NCBI GenBank assembly: GCA_965113315.1
Contig: OZ220372.1
Strand: one strand, 5' to 3'
DNA from: Podarcis vaucheri
Taxonomy: Eukaryota
Length of the DNA: 64,000 nucleotides
Notes under the pieces: model-generated
Seen by the model: the letters and a program-made list of their open reading frames with translations, nothing else
What the model was told of the DNA's origin: nothing
Databases searched by the model: none
Position numbers and translations under genes: made by a program
In this document: piece after piece, positions 39,276-51,562 of the stretch
Numbering within the stretch: position 1 is the stretch's first letter
Layout: each line of letters begins with the position of its first letter

Positions 39276-39578
39276 TTTAGTTTTTCTGACATTTTTCTAA
39301 CTGTTAATTTCTGCATTATATTTTAGTTTTCACATAATGTAAAAGCCACTTCCAGAAATATAGTGGATACAGTGCAAGTTTACTGCTCATTTCCATGTAA
39401 CAGGCTTCTGGGGGGAAAATGTCTGCAAATAACATGGAGATGAGTGCTAACCTTCAACTATATTCCACTATATTTCTGGAAGTGGTTTTTATGTCGTGTG
39501 AAAGCTAAAATATAATGTGGAAATTAGCAGTTAGGGAAATGTCAGGAAAACTGAATAATCTGCTGTGTGAATGCAGCC
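39276..39578. repeat. Long fold-back inverted repeat with arms of about 120 bp, probably a PIF/Harbinger-type MITE that lost its left terminus
   Basis: 39279-39399 pairs with 39432-39552. A 22-bp perfect core CCACTTCCAGAAATATAGTGGA sits at 39346-39367 and 39464-39485. The right end tgtgtgaatgcagcc resembles Harbinger MITE termini. Confidence 0.85.
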
Positions 39579-40682
39579 TGACAGAGGGAAAACAGATGCC
39601 ATACTAGAATAAATATGGTGTCTGTAAAGGAGAGGTCTTAGAATAGACAGATGACAGGTTTCAGCAACAGATCTGTTGAACTGGTGTGCAGTATGTTATT
39701 GGGACTCAGAAAGCTTTTAAATAAAGTTCGAGAACAGCAGCTCATGGGGAAAGGAAACAACATCATCAAACTCATGGGATCAGAGGATAGGTCTCCTTAA
39801 TGATCAATAGCTACTCAAAAACAGAAAGCAGTACAAAAAAATAAATGAACAACATCACAATAGAGGGAAATAAATGGAAGGGTCCCCAAAGGTCTCTGGT
39901 GGAACTTGTGGTATTAATGCTCCAATGTGAGGTAGAAAAGTGAGAAAGGAAAGTTGCAGGTGACAGTGAGGGCATAACTTCTTGCTGGATTAAAAGCTTA
40001 TTCAAAATAGAATGCTTTGAACTAGTCATCTCTCTTTCTTTAGATAGCAGCCACTGTCCGGGGGGGGGGGGTGTTTTTAAAAGAAAATAAATCCTTTTGC
40101 TCCTAAGCCATATTTCCACTGAATATTAACCCCTCAAGCCAGTGTTTTCAGCAAACAGACTCTCTGGTGTCAAACAGCAGGCTTGGCAGCAGAGGGGGGT
40201 TTTCAGGAGAAAAGTGCATGGGAGGAGAGACTTGCTCCTCTCCCTATCTGCCATCCTGCTTAAGAATCAGGAACGCTTGAAACTACTTGTTTCCTTTCTT
40301 TCAAAAGCATGGCCCGTTTTAAGTATGTTAGTTAAAAAATGCTTTTAACGTAAAGTCTAGTGTGTTCCTAAATAGTCAGAATGGTAAATTACAGGTAGGT
40401 TTCAAGGAATTCCCAAAGCATTAGACAGTCAGATGACAAGTGAAATTTGTGTGTGGTTCAATCAACCTTGCAAGGGCCACATGCCAGCAGTAGGTGTGGC
40501 CAAAAGTCACACGACTGATGCAGACACACCCACACATACAGGCAAACAGGAAGACAAGCAATCAACCAAATGAAGTTGGGGGCAGACAAGCAAATACACT
40601 CTCACTTTCCAGAGGGCAGGCACACTTAATCCATTCACTCAGCCTGGGAGGGAGGGTTTCTTCGTAACAAAGTACTAAGGTA

Positions 40683-41103
40683 CATAGGCGCCGACTCCAT
40701 GGGGCTTGAGGGGGCTTGAGCCCCCTCAAAAAATTTTTTTGGGGGGCTCAGCCCCCCCAATAATCTCGGGCGCCCTTGCCGCCGTCCCCCGCCTCCTCCC
40801 CACCTGCTCCCTCCCCAGCCAGCCAGCCAGCCGCGCGCCCTAGCTGGAGAGCCCCGGCCGTCCCCCGCGAGAACAGGGGAATCCCCGGGGGCGGGGGCTT
40901 CTGCCTCTAGCCCCAGGTTTCCCGCATATCAGCTGTTCCGGAGCTGATTAATAGGCAGCAGCACGCTCTCCCCTATTCGCTCACGAGGGGGCGGCGCCAC
41001 TTTATTTGCATATTCATGAGCTTATTTGCATATTCATGAGCTTATTTACATTTCACGAGCTTTCCCGGGCCCCCCCAATATTTTTTATAAGTCCGCGTCC
41101 CTG
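40683..41103. mobile_element. Young GC- and CpG-rich non-autonomous hAT (Tip100-like) element
   Basis: Perfect 8-bp TSD CTAAGGTA at 40675-40682 and 41104-41111. Imperfect TIRs CATAGGCGCCGACT / AGTCCGCGTCCCTG (10 of 14 matches). Confidence 0.88.
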
Positions 41104-41364
41104 CTAAGGTATGAGGTCCCCCTAGACTCTAGTACTGTAATAAGGAAGGAGGAAAGCTTTGTTTTTGCTATTCATCACAGTGCCAGGATAGGAGGAGCAC
41201 CTCCCAGTCTGCGATGACAGTAGGGTCAGGACAGACTTAGCAAAAGCATGTTCACACAATGCAGCTTTAACTTGTTGCATAATTCACTGCTTCAAAATGT
41301 GATATGTCCCAGTAGTTTAGATGGCTTTAAAATGGGAGTGTGCCTCTGAGAACCAGAAAGGCAC

Positions 41365-42650
41365 ACTGCCGGCTTTGAAATGATACCATGAGGCGGCTCG
41401 TCTCTCCTGGATCCGGGAATGGTTGATGTTAAAAAACACTGGTTTTCTAGATCTGGAAGGATTTGATAATCGGTACAGACGGCATGCTTATCTAGGCTAT
41501 GAAAATGTTAAAGTCCACAAAGGTTTTTTGAACCATGTGGTAAGAAAATTGCTATACATGGTGTGGGCTAAATATAAGGGCTTGTTAGAACCTAAAACAC
41601 CATGGCAGCTATCCCTGATAGAAGCATTCTCAGTCAAGAAAAAAAATATGAGAGGAAATTGGGCAACTTGCAAAGTTTTATTGGAAGAGAAGGAAAATAG
41701 GCTGAAGCTAAAAAAATAATAATGAGGAAATTGGAACCCACTTAACAGACTGGCTACAATATTTCCAGCTAAATGGGACATTCAAAAAAGACAAACAGAA
41801 GGGCTTTTCCACAGAACTATCAAGATTCGAGAAATAATTAATTGAAATTAAAGAAAAACCTCTCTCTAAAATGTACAGACTCAGACTCCTTCTAGAGTGG
41901 GAAGTCAAGGAGGAAGAAGTAAAATCGGTAATGGTCCAATGAGCCAAAGATTTTGGCTACAACATTCAAATGGAAGTATGGGAAAGATTATGACTTGAAA
42001 TTCACCATGTGCTATAATTTGAAAGAGAATTTTATCGAAATGCTTTACCATTGGTACCTAACACCTTCAAAACTGGCTAAAATGTATAAACCCAGGTCAA
42101 GCATTTGCTGGAGGTACAGAAAGGCAGAAGACACGATAATCCATATGTGGTGGAATTGTAAAAAAAAAAAGAGAATTTTGGGATATAATATATAATGAGC
42201 TTCAGAAAATGTTTAAATTTTCTTTCCAAAAAAAGCCTGAAGCCTTTCTGCTGGGAATAATGAGTAATGATATTCCAAAAAGTCTAAGGAGAATTTTTAT
42301 GTATGCAATAGCCGCAGCAAGAATCTTAATAGCAAAAGAATGGAAAGGAGGATCTATTCCTACTAAGTTGGGCTGGCAGACAAAAATGCTAGAATACACA
42401 GTTAGCAAGAATGATAGGAAGACTTAGAGATGTTACAGAACAAACATTTAATAGAAAATGGGATACTTACAGAGTATACCTAAAAGAACATTGTAAAAAT
42501 CTAAATTCTTTGGCAGGTCTGGATTGACCCCTGCATGATAGTAGGGAATTTTACAAAACCAATTACAACTGAGACAATTTAGGAGACACAATGGAAAGTG
42601 TGAAGTCGAAAATGTAACTTAGGAACTACACTGGTGGAGCTAGCAAAAAA
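41365..42650 (+). mobile_element. Older L1 LINE ORF2 3' fragment with multiple stops and frameshifts
   Basis: ...WIREWLMLKN...LDLEG...; MLYHWYLTPSKLAKMYK...CWRY...HMWWNC; KKPEAFLLGI...FMYAIAAARILIAKEWK. These are homologous to the 28.3-kb L1. Confidence 0.9.
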
Positions 42651-44875
42651 GTCATACATCTATCTCACATAGGAGACCTACAACTATATTTGAAATGTTT
42701 TCAGAAGGCTTACAGTACACCGTTTTCTCCTTCTGATAAATATCTGGCTAACCTGGGCCAGTCTTCTGCGGTGGTTTTAATTCAAATTCATTTTATTTTG
42801 TGGCATGTGTACTGTGTTTTTATTTTTCTGTTTTTTCCCAATGAGTCCAAGTCCTCAAACCACCTTGGTCTCAACTTTCTTCTGCAGAACAATTGGAAAT
42901 GCTGGCAAATGTACTGCAAATCAAAGCCAATTCAAGTCTGTAGCTTTTCTGACTGTAGTCTTCAAAGGATACAGACATCAATGGAACTACATAAATAGAC
43001 AGTATCCTGAATCGGCCTCTGTAACTCACTGTTCAATAATGTTTATTATAAAATAAGCAAACTTTCCTAAGCACCACTGGTACCATACAATTAATACATA
43101 ATCAGGGACCATTTTAAAAGAAAATGATCTAGCTAGGTAATCAGTTACTTTATCTAGCTAGGTAATCAGTTATTTTAGTTGCTTGTAAGTCACTTTGGCA
43201 CATTTTAGTGGCAAGAGATACACAAATTTAATAAACCCAAACACAGCTACCTGGATTTTCTACTGAGGTTAGATTGCACTCATCATTAAATGCTCTCTAA
43301 AGAGGAAAAAACCCTAGTCACTTATGGAAGCTATATAAGTTTCCTTTAAAAGGTGACAATGTAACAAAAGTATAGGTTCAAGAAGACGTAGGACATCTCT
43401 CCCCCGTCTAATTTATCAGCTAAAATCTTTCTTGTTGCCTTTGTGAATTAGTCAATTGAAATATTAGGGGAAGTTCACAAATACAGTGATGAATGATTGC
43501 AACAGAAAACATATCTGTCATTCTGCAATCAAAATGTATATTTTTGTAAGTTCTTTTGACTGCAAATTCATTTTCCATGCTCAGACCTAGGAGCACTTAC
43601 CATGTTAAAGAGCATCTTATGGTTAGATGGCTGATATGTAACAGAAAGATTCAAGGCTTGTGAAGGAGGCAAATACTATCAGTTCAAATACCACTTTATA
43701 CACCACTTTTATTGTGTAAAGTGTTTCATAATCTTTAGCTTTTTGTATTCTTCTTGGTTGTATAAACTCCAAACTAAGGCTGGGAGCTAATATTGAGAAA
43801 TAATAATATGCACCTCTCAGGAACAATGCACAATACTATTACTTATTCAGCAAGGAACATGAATTGCCGATTTGCTCTGATACAGATGAGGTTTTGTTGA
43901 CTGAAAAGGAATGTGTGTGTGATTATTCACCACCCAGAATTCACAGACACTACAAAATTAACATGCAATCGGAGACTATTTTAAAAGGCAATGTCTAACT
44001 ATCTAGATTTTCTACTGAGGTTAGATTGCATCCACCATTAAATTCTAACTAAACAGAAAAAGAAACAGTAATAAACAGATGAATGCATCATGAAGTTTCA
44101 TAATGCTATTTAATAAAAGGAAATTAATCACATAATTGTCATAAACCTATTTTCAAACAGCAATCTATCAAAAGGAAATTATGCATCTGTAGTTATTGAC
44201 CTTTCATTTCAGCATGACTGATACATAATTAGACTAGTTTTGTGAAAAATAATAGTTAATTACCAGAACATTTTTTACTTTAATTGTTTGGGGATATTAT
44301 TATTATTTGCAGCTTAATATATTTTTCTCTGTATGTAAGATGCTAATGTATACACAATACAATAGCAATGTATTTTGCAGAAAAAGCTTTTATGTTTAAA
44401 ATGAAATACACTTTCTATTTTCTCTGCGCCAATAAAAAGAACTTTGAAAACAGGTTTGTGGTGTGTTTTTTTACAGAGTGTCTGTACAACACCTCAACTT
44501 TTTTGCGGCAATTTATTATCTTGCTATGAGTGACTCCTTTTCCATCCTGGAATTAGGATGGTGAAACAGAAGACCCATCCTTTCCATCAAAGGGATCTGT
44601 TTGATGAGGGTGTGCTAGTGAAACTGGGCTAGCAGTAGATGCGTTTTCAGAGTCCAAATCCTCGTCTACTCACTATCTTTCCAGTAATGAAAAATCAGCC
44701 TTTCTCTACTGCCAAAATGATCTTTTGCAGAGAAATGATAGGAAGGGGTACTCATAGTTATCCCAATCAAGGGCTCCTTGTGTTGGCTAAGCAGGAAGGG
44801 AGGCTGCACTTATCCAAATCAAGTTCTGCAGGTCCAAGACTAATGCTTATACACACTGCAATGTATCTCTTAAAT

Positions 44876-45046
44876 CAGTGGTTCCCAATGCAGAACCCAT
44901 TTTTCAAAAACAAAGCCATGCACTCCCTACTTTTGAAAACTTTAGTATCTCTATGGTAGTTTTTGTTATGTGAATGGGGCCGCTGACCCCCTGGGTGGGT
45001 TACGCAGACACCCTGGGGTCCATGGACCACCAGCTGGGAACCACTG
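44876..45046. mobile_element. hAT-Charlie-like MITE
   Basis: TIRs CAGTGGTTCCCA / TGGGAACCACTG. Flanks TCTTAAAT / TCCTGAAT match at 6 of 8 positions. Confidence 0.75.
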
Positions 45047-45511
45047 TCCTGAATGTGCTCACATGATGTGACATTTGGGGTGGAGGCCAAATGAGTTGTT
45101 CCAGCCACTTGCCAATTTCCTGCAGAGAGACATATGGAAAGACGTCATCAATAACAAAGGGGGTAGGGGAAAACAGGTGAAATTGCATAGTTCTGCTGCC
45201 ACACTGCACAAATTGTTATGTTGTCACTCTTTCTGAATGCTGTTGATTCAATTTAATTTATGATTTAGCAATGTTTACACAGTACTCGGTTTTACTTGTT
45301 ATATGGAGTTGTACATTACCCACCCTGGGACTGGATGGTGGAGAGTTGGTACACACACAAATGCTATTGGGAAGGAAGTGTACATGATGATGTACCATCC
45401 TTTCAAATTCCAATGACAAATGTCAGCCATTTGCTTTTCCATACAATGTCCCAGGAAAGGGAAACAACAGTATGTCATTGTGTACTGGCATTTCCCAGGA
45501 GAATTAAAATC

Positions 45512-45553
<42 letters not shown>
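45512..45553. repeat. (TAT)14 microsatellite
   Basis: Seen directly; it explains the poly-Y ORF. Confidence 0.98.
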
Positions 45554-45554
<1 letters not shown>

Positions 45555-47469
45555 CTATGGCAGCAGTAGCAGCAGGGCTGCCAGGTTTCTGATTTATTAC
45601 ATTAAAAAAGAAAAAGCCACTGACAACTACTTTGGAACCCCCTTCCTTGAACATGGTTTACTGGAGTTTTAACAGACATCTAGGAAAAGAGGACACGGGT
45701 CCAGAAAGCTCTAGAAAAACCAAACCATCCAGTATTAAGCAGGACACCTGATACCTGGCCACCCTTGAGCTGTGTGAGCTTGCTCTTATTTTCTTCATGC
45801 ATGAAGCCATTGTGGGAGGTTGATGGGCTCAATGAATAAATAAAACAAGCAACCTTCCTCCCTGGAACTGCAGCACTAAAGGCACAAAACTGTGTTGGCT
45901 GGACAAGGTGGGGAGGGTTATTTTCTTCTAGCTTTGGCCTCTGAAAAAGTCAATCTTTGAGGCTGAGAGGAGGGAACTGGCTTAGATAATGCCTTCAAGG
46001 ACCATTCTTCCAATTCATCATCACTCTTTAAATTGCAAGAGGATATTTCCCCTCACAGTTTTAAGGACCCAATGGGAGAGACAAATTAGGCACAGAGAAT
46101 GAACACCTGAGTCACACATTCTCCAAGGCCAGTTCTTTCCCTTACTGTGCAATGGGGTATTCTTCCTCTCAGATCAAGGACTCAGAGGAAAGGGGCCTCC
46201 TTACAATTTGCCCCTCCTTCTGAGCCGAAGCTGAAAGGGCAGGCTGCTGTCATTCAATTCTGAAGGCTGTAGGTTTGTCCCTGTATGTTGTTCTTTGCTG
46301 CCATGTCAGAATTAAGACAAGAGTAGGAAACAAAGCTTCAGTATGTTTGTTGGAAAGACTGGTAATAATTGCATATCCCTTGGAGGAATATACAAATACT
46401 AGCATATCAATATTAATTAATTAGGATACTGTTTCATTAAAGATACTCATTTACTATGAAATTAAAGTTAAAAAGAAAAAGAAATTCTATCAAAGCACAT
46501 AATATAATATATTGCATTTGTTCTTTTGTATCCTCCTGAAATAAATGCTATTTTTTTAAAGCAAGGACAGTTAAACTTCATGGAGTATTGTACCCTTCCG
46601 TACAGAAAAGCATGTCTATTGGTAATTTTAAGGCTTTTAATATGCAATGTACTTTCAAACCTTACTTCATTTATCCACCAAGCAACCCTGAAAGCCATTA
46701 TTACTTCATTATTATTTTATACAACAGCTTTTACAGATGATGATGAGTAACCACTAAGGGCATGCCAAAACTATCAGGTGAATGTTGGATGGACAGCATT
46801 CTGAATTCCTAACCTCCCTGGTTCAGTCACAATTATGTGTTTTCTAATTTGCTCCTCCCTGCTGTAACAAGGGTACTACTATCTTGCATTCCACTGACAA
46901 TGCTCACTGGCTGTGCAAATTTCATATAAACAGATCTAGAATGTGACAGTAACGACAATGGAAATTACAGTCACACTGAGAATGGATATGTTGACAAATG
47001 CTTCAAACATTGGGCAAAAGATTCCTGCATTGCAGGGGGTTGGACTAGAAAGATCCTTTTGGTCCCTTCTAAAATACTATGCTTCTATGCTTTGTACAAA
47101 TTTCTTGTTCAGTGGGAGAGTGCATGCTTTGTATGAAGGGGTTCCACCATGCTCAAGATCCCCGGAGGATCACTATCAGCTAATGTGGAAAGCACTGGGT
47201 GGGATGAACCAACGGTTTGACTCAGTTTGGGTCAGTTTCTTATGTTCCTACAGCCTCTGAATATGTGTTGCTAGTCATGCTGCCAAATTTTAGGATTACC
47301 GAGATTTTGACTGCAAAAGTTGAAATCTTTTTACTCCTTTTTGATAAAAAGGATAACAGGCTATGGTTATCACTCTTTGCTCTACCCAACACTGAACCAG
47401 GCCGAGTCTGGACATGGGGGGGCGGCGGCTGGGTCCTTTAGGCATGGCACAAAAGGGCCATCAGACTGT

Positions 47470-48050
47470 GGTAGCAACTCAGCTTCAAGCAGGCTTCATC
47501 CATCTGTCAATGTGCTCTATGTTTGGCTGCTTTGGGGCCTGATTGAGAAGCTGAAGGTAGTGCAGAATGTATTGGCTAGACTGCTGATGGGGTCAGGCAG
47601 CCAACAGCATGCAACACCACTGTTAAAACATCTGCGCTGGCTGCCCATATACCACTGAGCCAGGTTCAAGGGTCTTGCATTTACATACAAAACCCTAAAC
47701 AATTAGGATACCTTTAAGGATAACCTAAACCCTTATATCACAGCTCCATCACTGAGGTCATGGAGTGCTGTTAAGCTTCAGGACCAGGTTGGACAACTAA
47801 CTGGCTTTGACTAGAAATCAGGTATTCTAGCAGGGATTTGGCAGGCATCCTCACTTCTAACCTAAAGAAAAAGTATTGAAGACTTTTATTGTGTCAACAG
47901 GCCTAGTCAGTGGTTTAAGCTTTTAAAATGAGTGGATTATTTTTATAATCATTCTGTATGGTTTTAAATTGTATTTTAACTGTTTTGTATATTTTGTTGT
48001 ACACCACTCTGGGATTTTGCATGAGAAGCTGCTGTCTTTAAATATTTTTT
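47470..48050 (+). mobile_element. Degraded L2-type LINE 3' fragment
   Basis: SSRL...NVLY...KLKVVQNVLARLLMG......ATPLLKHLRWLPI, followed by a T-rich UTR. Confidence 0.75.
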
Positions 48051-50883
48051 ATAAAACCAAACATCAGTCAATCAAGTCCAGCAGTAGTAGAACCCAATCC
48101 CCTCCATTCCGGCCACAGTAATCCTTTAAGTTTCACTGAACAGACAACAGTTACTAAACATGGCTTGTTTGTAATAACTTGAGGCGCCACAAAGGTGTCC
48201 CAATAAATTACAAATTGATACTTATTTGTTTGCTTCTTATTATTAAAGCATTATGGATTGGGAATGGCAAATTCTGCCCATATTCACTTAGTTTCAAAGG
48301 GAAATGGTAAGAGTCTTGCAAAAATGAATAAACTGAAAGTTTAGTTTTTATAGGCTACTTCATCAGTTCCCTTGAATACTCCCAGGAGAACATGAATAGA
48401 GCACCAGCATGTCGAATATTTTGAGGCACCTCACAATGACATCAATTTACAAAGGCAAGCTTAGAGTGAAGAGTTGAAACTTGGGAGAAGTCCAGAAAAA
48501 ACTTAGCAGGAACTAAAATAGCTATAATAAGTAGCTCCTAAATGCCTATAGTGTCATAACAGCATTGTGACAGAATGCAAAACATGCTGCTGAAGAGGCA
48601 GGCAACATTTTAATTGAATATAATGCTTATCTTCGAAAGTGCAAAAATTGGCTGATGGCTGGCTCAGACCTTGGCTTTAGAGCATGCTCTGTACTTGAAG
48701 AATATATTGGGTTATCCAAAACTGCATTTAATGGAATTCGGACTTGTTTACTTGTTGATCCATCATATTCCTGCACATCACTTATCAATCTGGCTAAAGA
48801 TTGTAGTGCCATATTATTTTGCATCTTATTTAGCATAATAATTTTTTTAGCTCTGAGTATGAGAGCAGCCTTCCTGGCTGCAAAGGGAGCAGTTGTCATG
48901 GTTTTGTTTTTGTCATGAGAGTCAAGATTTAGGATCTCCAATCCTTCCAATTTAAGCAACGGTAATTTAAAGTTAACAAGCAATGGGCCACTTAAAATTG
49001 AAAACTTTCAGGAATGGAAGAGATATGGCCTGAGGCACACAGCAGAGCATTCCAGAAGAGGGACACCACTGACACTTACATGCAACCCACAAATAGCAAC
49101 AGAGCAGAGCAGGTTTCAAACAAGCAGCCATCAATTAAAGAACAGAAGCTGTTTATCACAATCCCACTATTTAGCACAACTGTTTGGTAACCAGAGAATG
49201 TACTTCCTCTAGCCCCTGCTTGTTGACTGTGCTAGTCATCAAAAGAATTGCATGCTCAAAGAACTGTATTAAAATATACTCAAGGCTATCATCACTACTT
49301 GAACTACAGAAACATGCTCCTGGGTCCAGTAAACTACACACATTTCCATTTTGTAAGAAGTTTAGCGCACTGAAAACTGTAGGTTGCTTCTACTTTGGGA
49401 ATTCTTATGGTGAAGCTTTTGACTAAGGGTCTACTACTGTGTTGTGCTGAGTATGATGTGGGTTTTCCCAATGAGGCAAAAGCAATTTTAGGGAGAGGAG
49501 TGGGCAGAAAAAGACAATTTTTAATTTGTTTTCAATAAACTTTGGGGGAGGCCTTGTTTATTATGAGAAAATTACAGAATGTTTTAGGACTCCTAGGGTA
49601 ACATCTAGTGTTGCTAACCTGCTTGTGTGATGGACTTCCACTTGTACAAATGGTATTTCCTCTCCCTCTCCAGCACACCTACAAAACTTGTTCTAGAGGG
49701 ATAGGGAGGCCTTTGGAGGAGACTGGGGAGTGCTGGTGAGTCAGGCAAAAATGGTAAGGGAAAATTCTACAATATCTGCTAGTGTGGCATAGGCTCTTGT
49801 CCCTAGAGTTTACTATTAACAGATTAAGAATGGTGGGGTACTTGATGGTCTGCCTGCTCCCACGCAAACATGCCTATTAAGAGCATCATCAGAGGCCCTG
49901 CTCAGAGTGCTCCATCTCCTAAAGTGAGGCAGTTGGCAACCTGTTTGTTGTAAGTTGCTTTGTGTTGCCCTGGGCAAGAGATAGTAACTACAGTAATAGT
50001 TAATAAATAATAACAACTTAAAATGAGACAGGTGCCAACTCTGATGAGTTTTCAGCACCTGCTTAGAAGTCCAGTTGCTTAGCCAGGTATTTGTTGGTTG
50101 TTAATTCCCAGCTCAGGTTGAATTATTTTGGCTTCAGTTGTTGGAAATTTATTGTGGTTTTAATATTTTAATATATGAATTTGAATTGTGTTGTGTACTG
50201 TGAACTGCTCTGGTATGTTTCAGATCAAGGTGAGATCCTTATCTTCCATCTGCCATAGGGCAAGTCTGGCAGGTGGACAGCATATAAATATTTTAAACAA
50301 ACAAACAAACAAAACAGGGACAGGGACTACTCATTTGCAACATCTCATCTATGAAATTCCCTTGAAGTACTTAAATATCATCTTTCATGCATATTAATGT
50401 TGCTATTGTCTCAGGCTTTTGATGGGGTTTAATTCTCTGATCTGTGGCTGTTTTAAATTGGATTCAACTGCTGTATTATCATATTTTTTAACGTTGATTT
50501 TTAGGGTTTTTTGATCATTGCATTTTCCTGTTGATACTATTTTAATTCATGCTGTGAACTGCCTCAGTAACTATAGCTAACAAAGTATGACTATTTTAAA
50601 TAAATAAAATATTGCAGTATTGCAGAGATTTGATTCAACATATACAGATTGAAATAATGGCTGAGAGCATTAGAAAACTCTTTCTGAAATGGCCTATAAT
50701 TCTTGTTAGACCTTCCATTTTTACAAAAGTATACTATCCCAAGATTAAACTTGATTGTTTCAATTTATTTCTGACATACTCCCATTATATATTTTAATAT
50801 CAGCAATACAACAAAAGCTGGACTATTAATGTTAGTTTATTTTTGCTACACAAAGTATACTTTTATGGAATGCCTTTCTTATA

Positions 50884-51119
50884 CAGTGGTGCCCCGCAAG
50901 ATGAATGCCTCGCAAGACGAAAAACTCGCTAGATGAAAGGGTTTTTCGGTTTTGCGTTGCTTCGCTAGACGAATTTCCCTATGGGCTTGGTTCGCAAGAC
51001 GAAAATGTCTTGCGCTTTTTTTTTAAAGCCGCTTGAAGAGGCGCAGTTGCCACGGACCATGCTTCACAAGACGAAAAGACTTGCGGAACGAATTCTTTTT
51101 GTCTTGCGAGGCACCACTG
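50884..51119 (+). mobile_element. Tc1/mariner-pogo MITE, family B, short copy
   Basis: TA-CAGTGGTGCCCCGCAAGATGAA ... GTCTTGCGAGGCACCACTG-TA, homologous to 26440-26791 but with a shorter middle. Confidence 0.9.
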
Positions 51120-51439
51120 TAGTATCCAGGATCCAATGCTTTGGATATTTATATGTCAGGTTCAGTCCTGTCTCTCTGGGAAGATGTTTGAGTCAAAATT
51201 ATTTTGAATTTTGTTTTCAGTTGTTGCTGGTTTTGCACCATGTATGCATGGTTGTTTTTTATTTAATTCAGTTTAATGGCTTTGTATTCTTATTGCTTGA
51301 TATTTTTCTATTGCTGTGAATAGATTTGCTTCATTCTTTTAAAAGCATCTGTAAGTATCTGTAAGCATTAAAGAAAGTTCCCTCATCTTTTTAGGGGTTT
51401 TTTCAACCAAAATGCCCAATTTAATGTCTTATTTTGCAC

Positions 51440-51562
51440 CAGGGATGGGAAACTTGTGGCCCTTCATATGCTGTTGGGACTCTCATCTGTGACATGCTGC
51501 TTGGAGAGGATGGAAGCTGTAGTGCATAATCATCTGATGGCCAAACAGGTTCCCCACCCCTG
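51440..51562. mobile_element. Degraded hAT MITE
   Basis: CAGGGATGGGAAACTTGT ... ACAGGTTCCCCACCCCTG. Confidence 0.65.
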
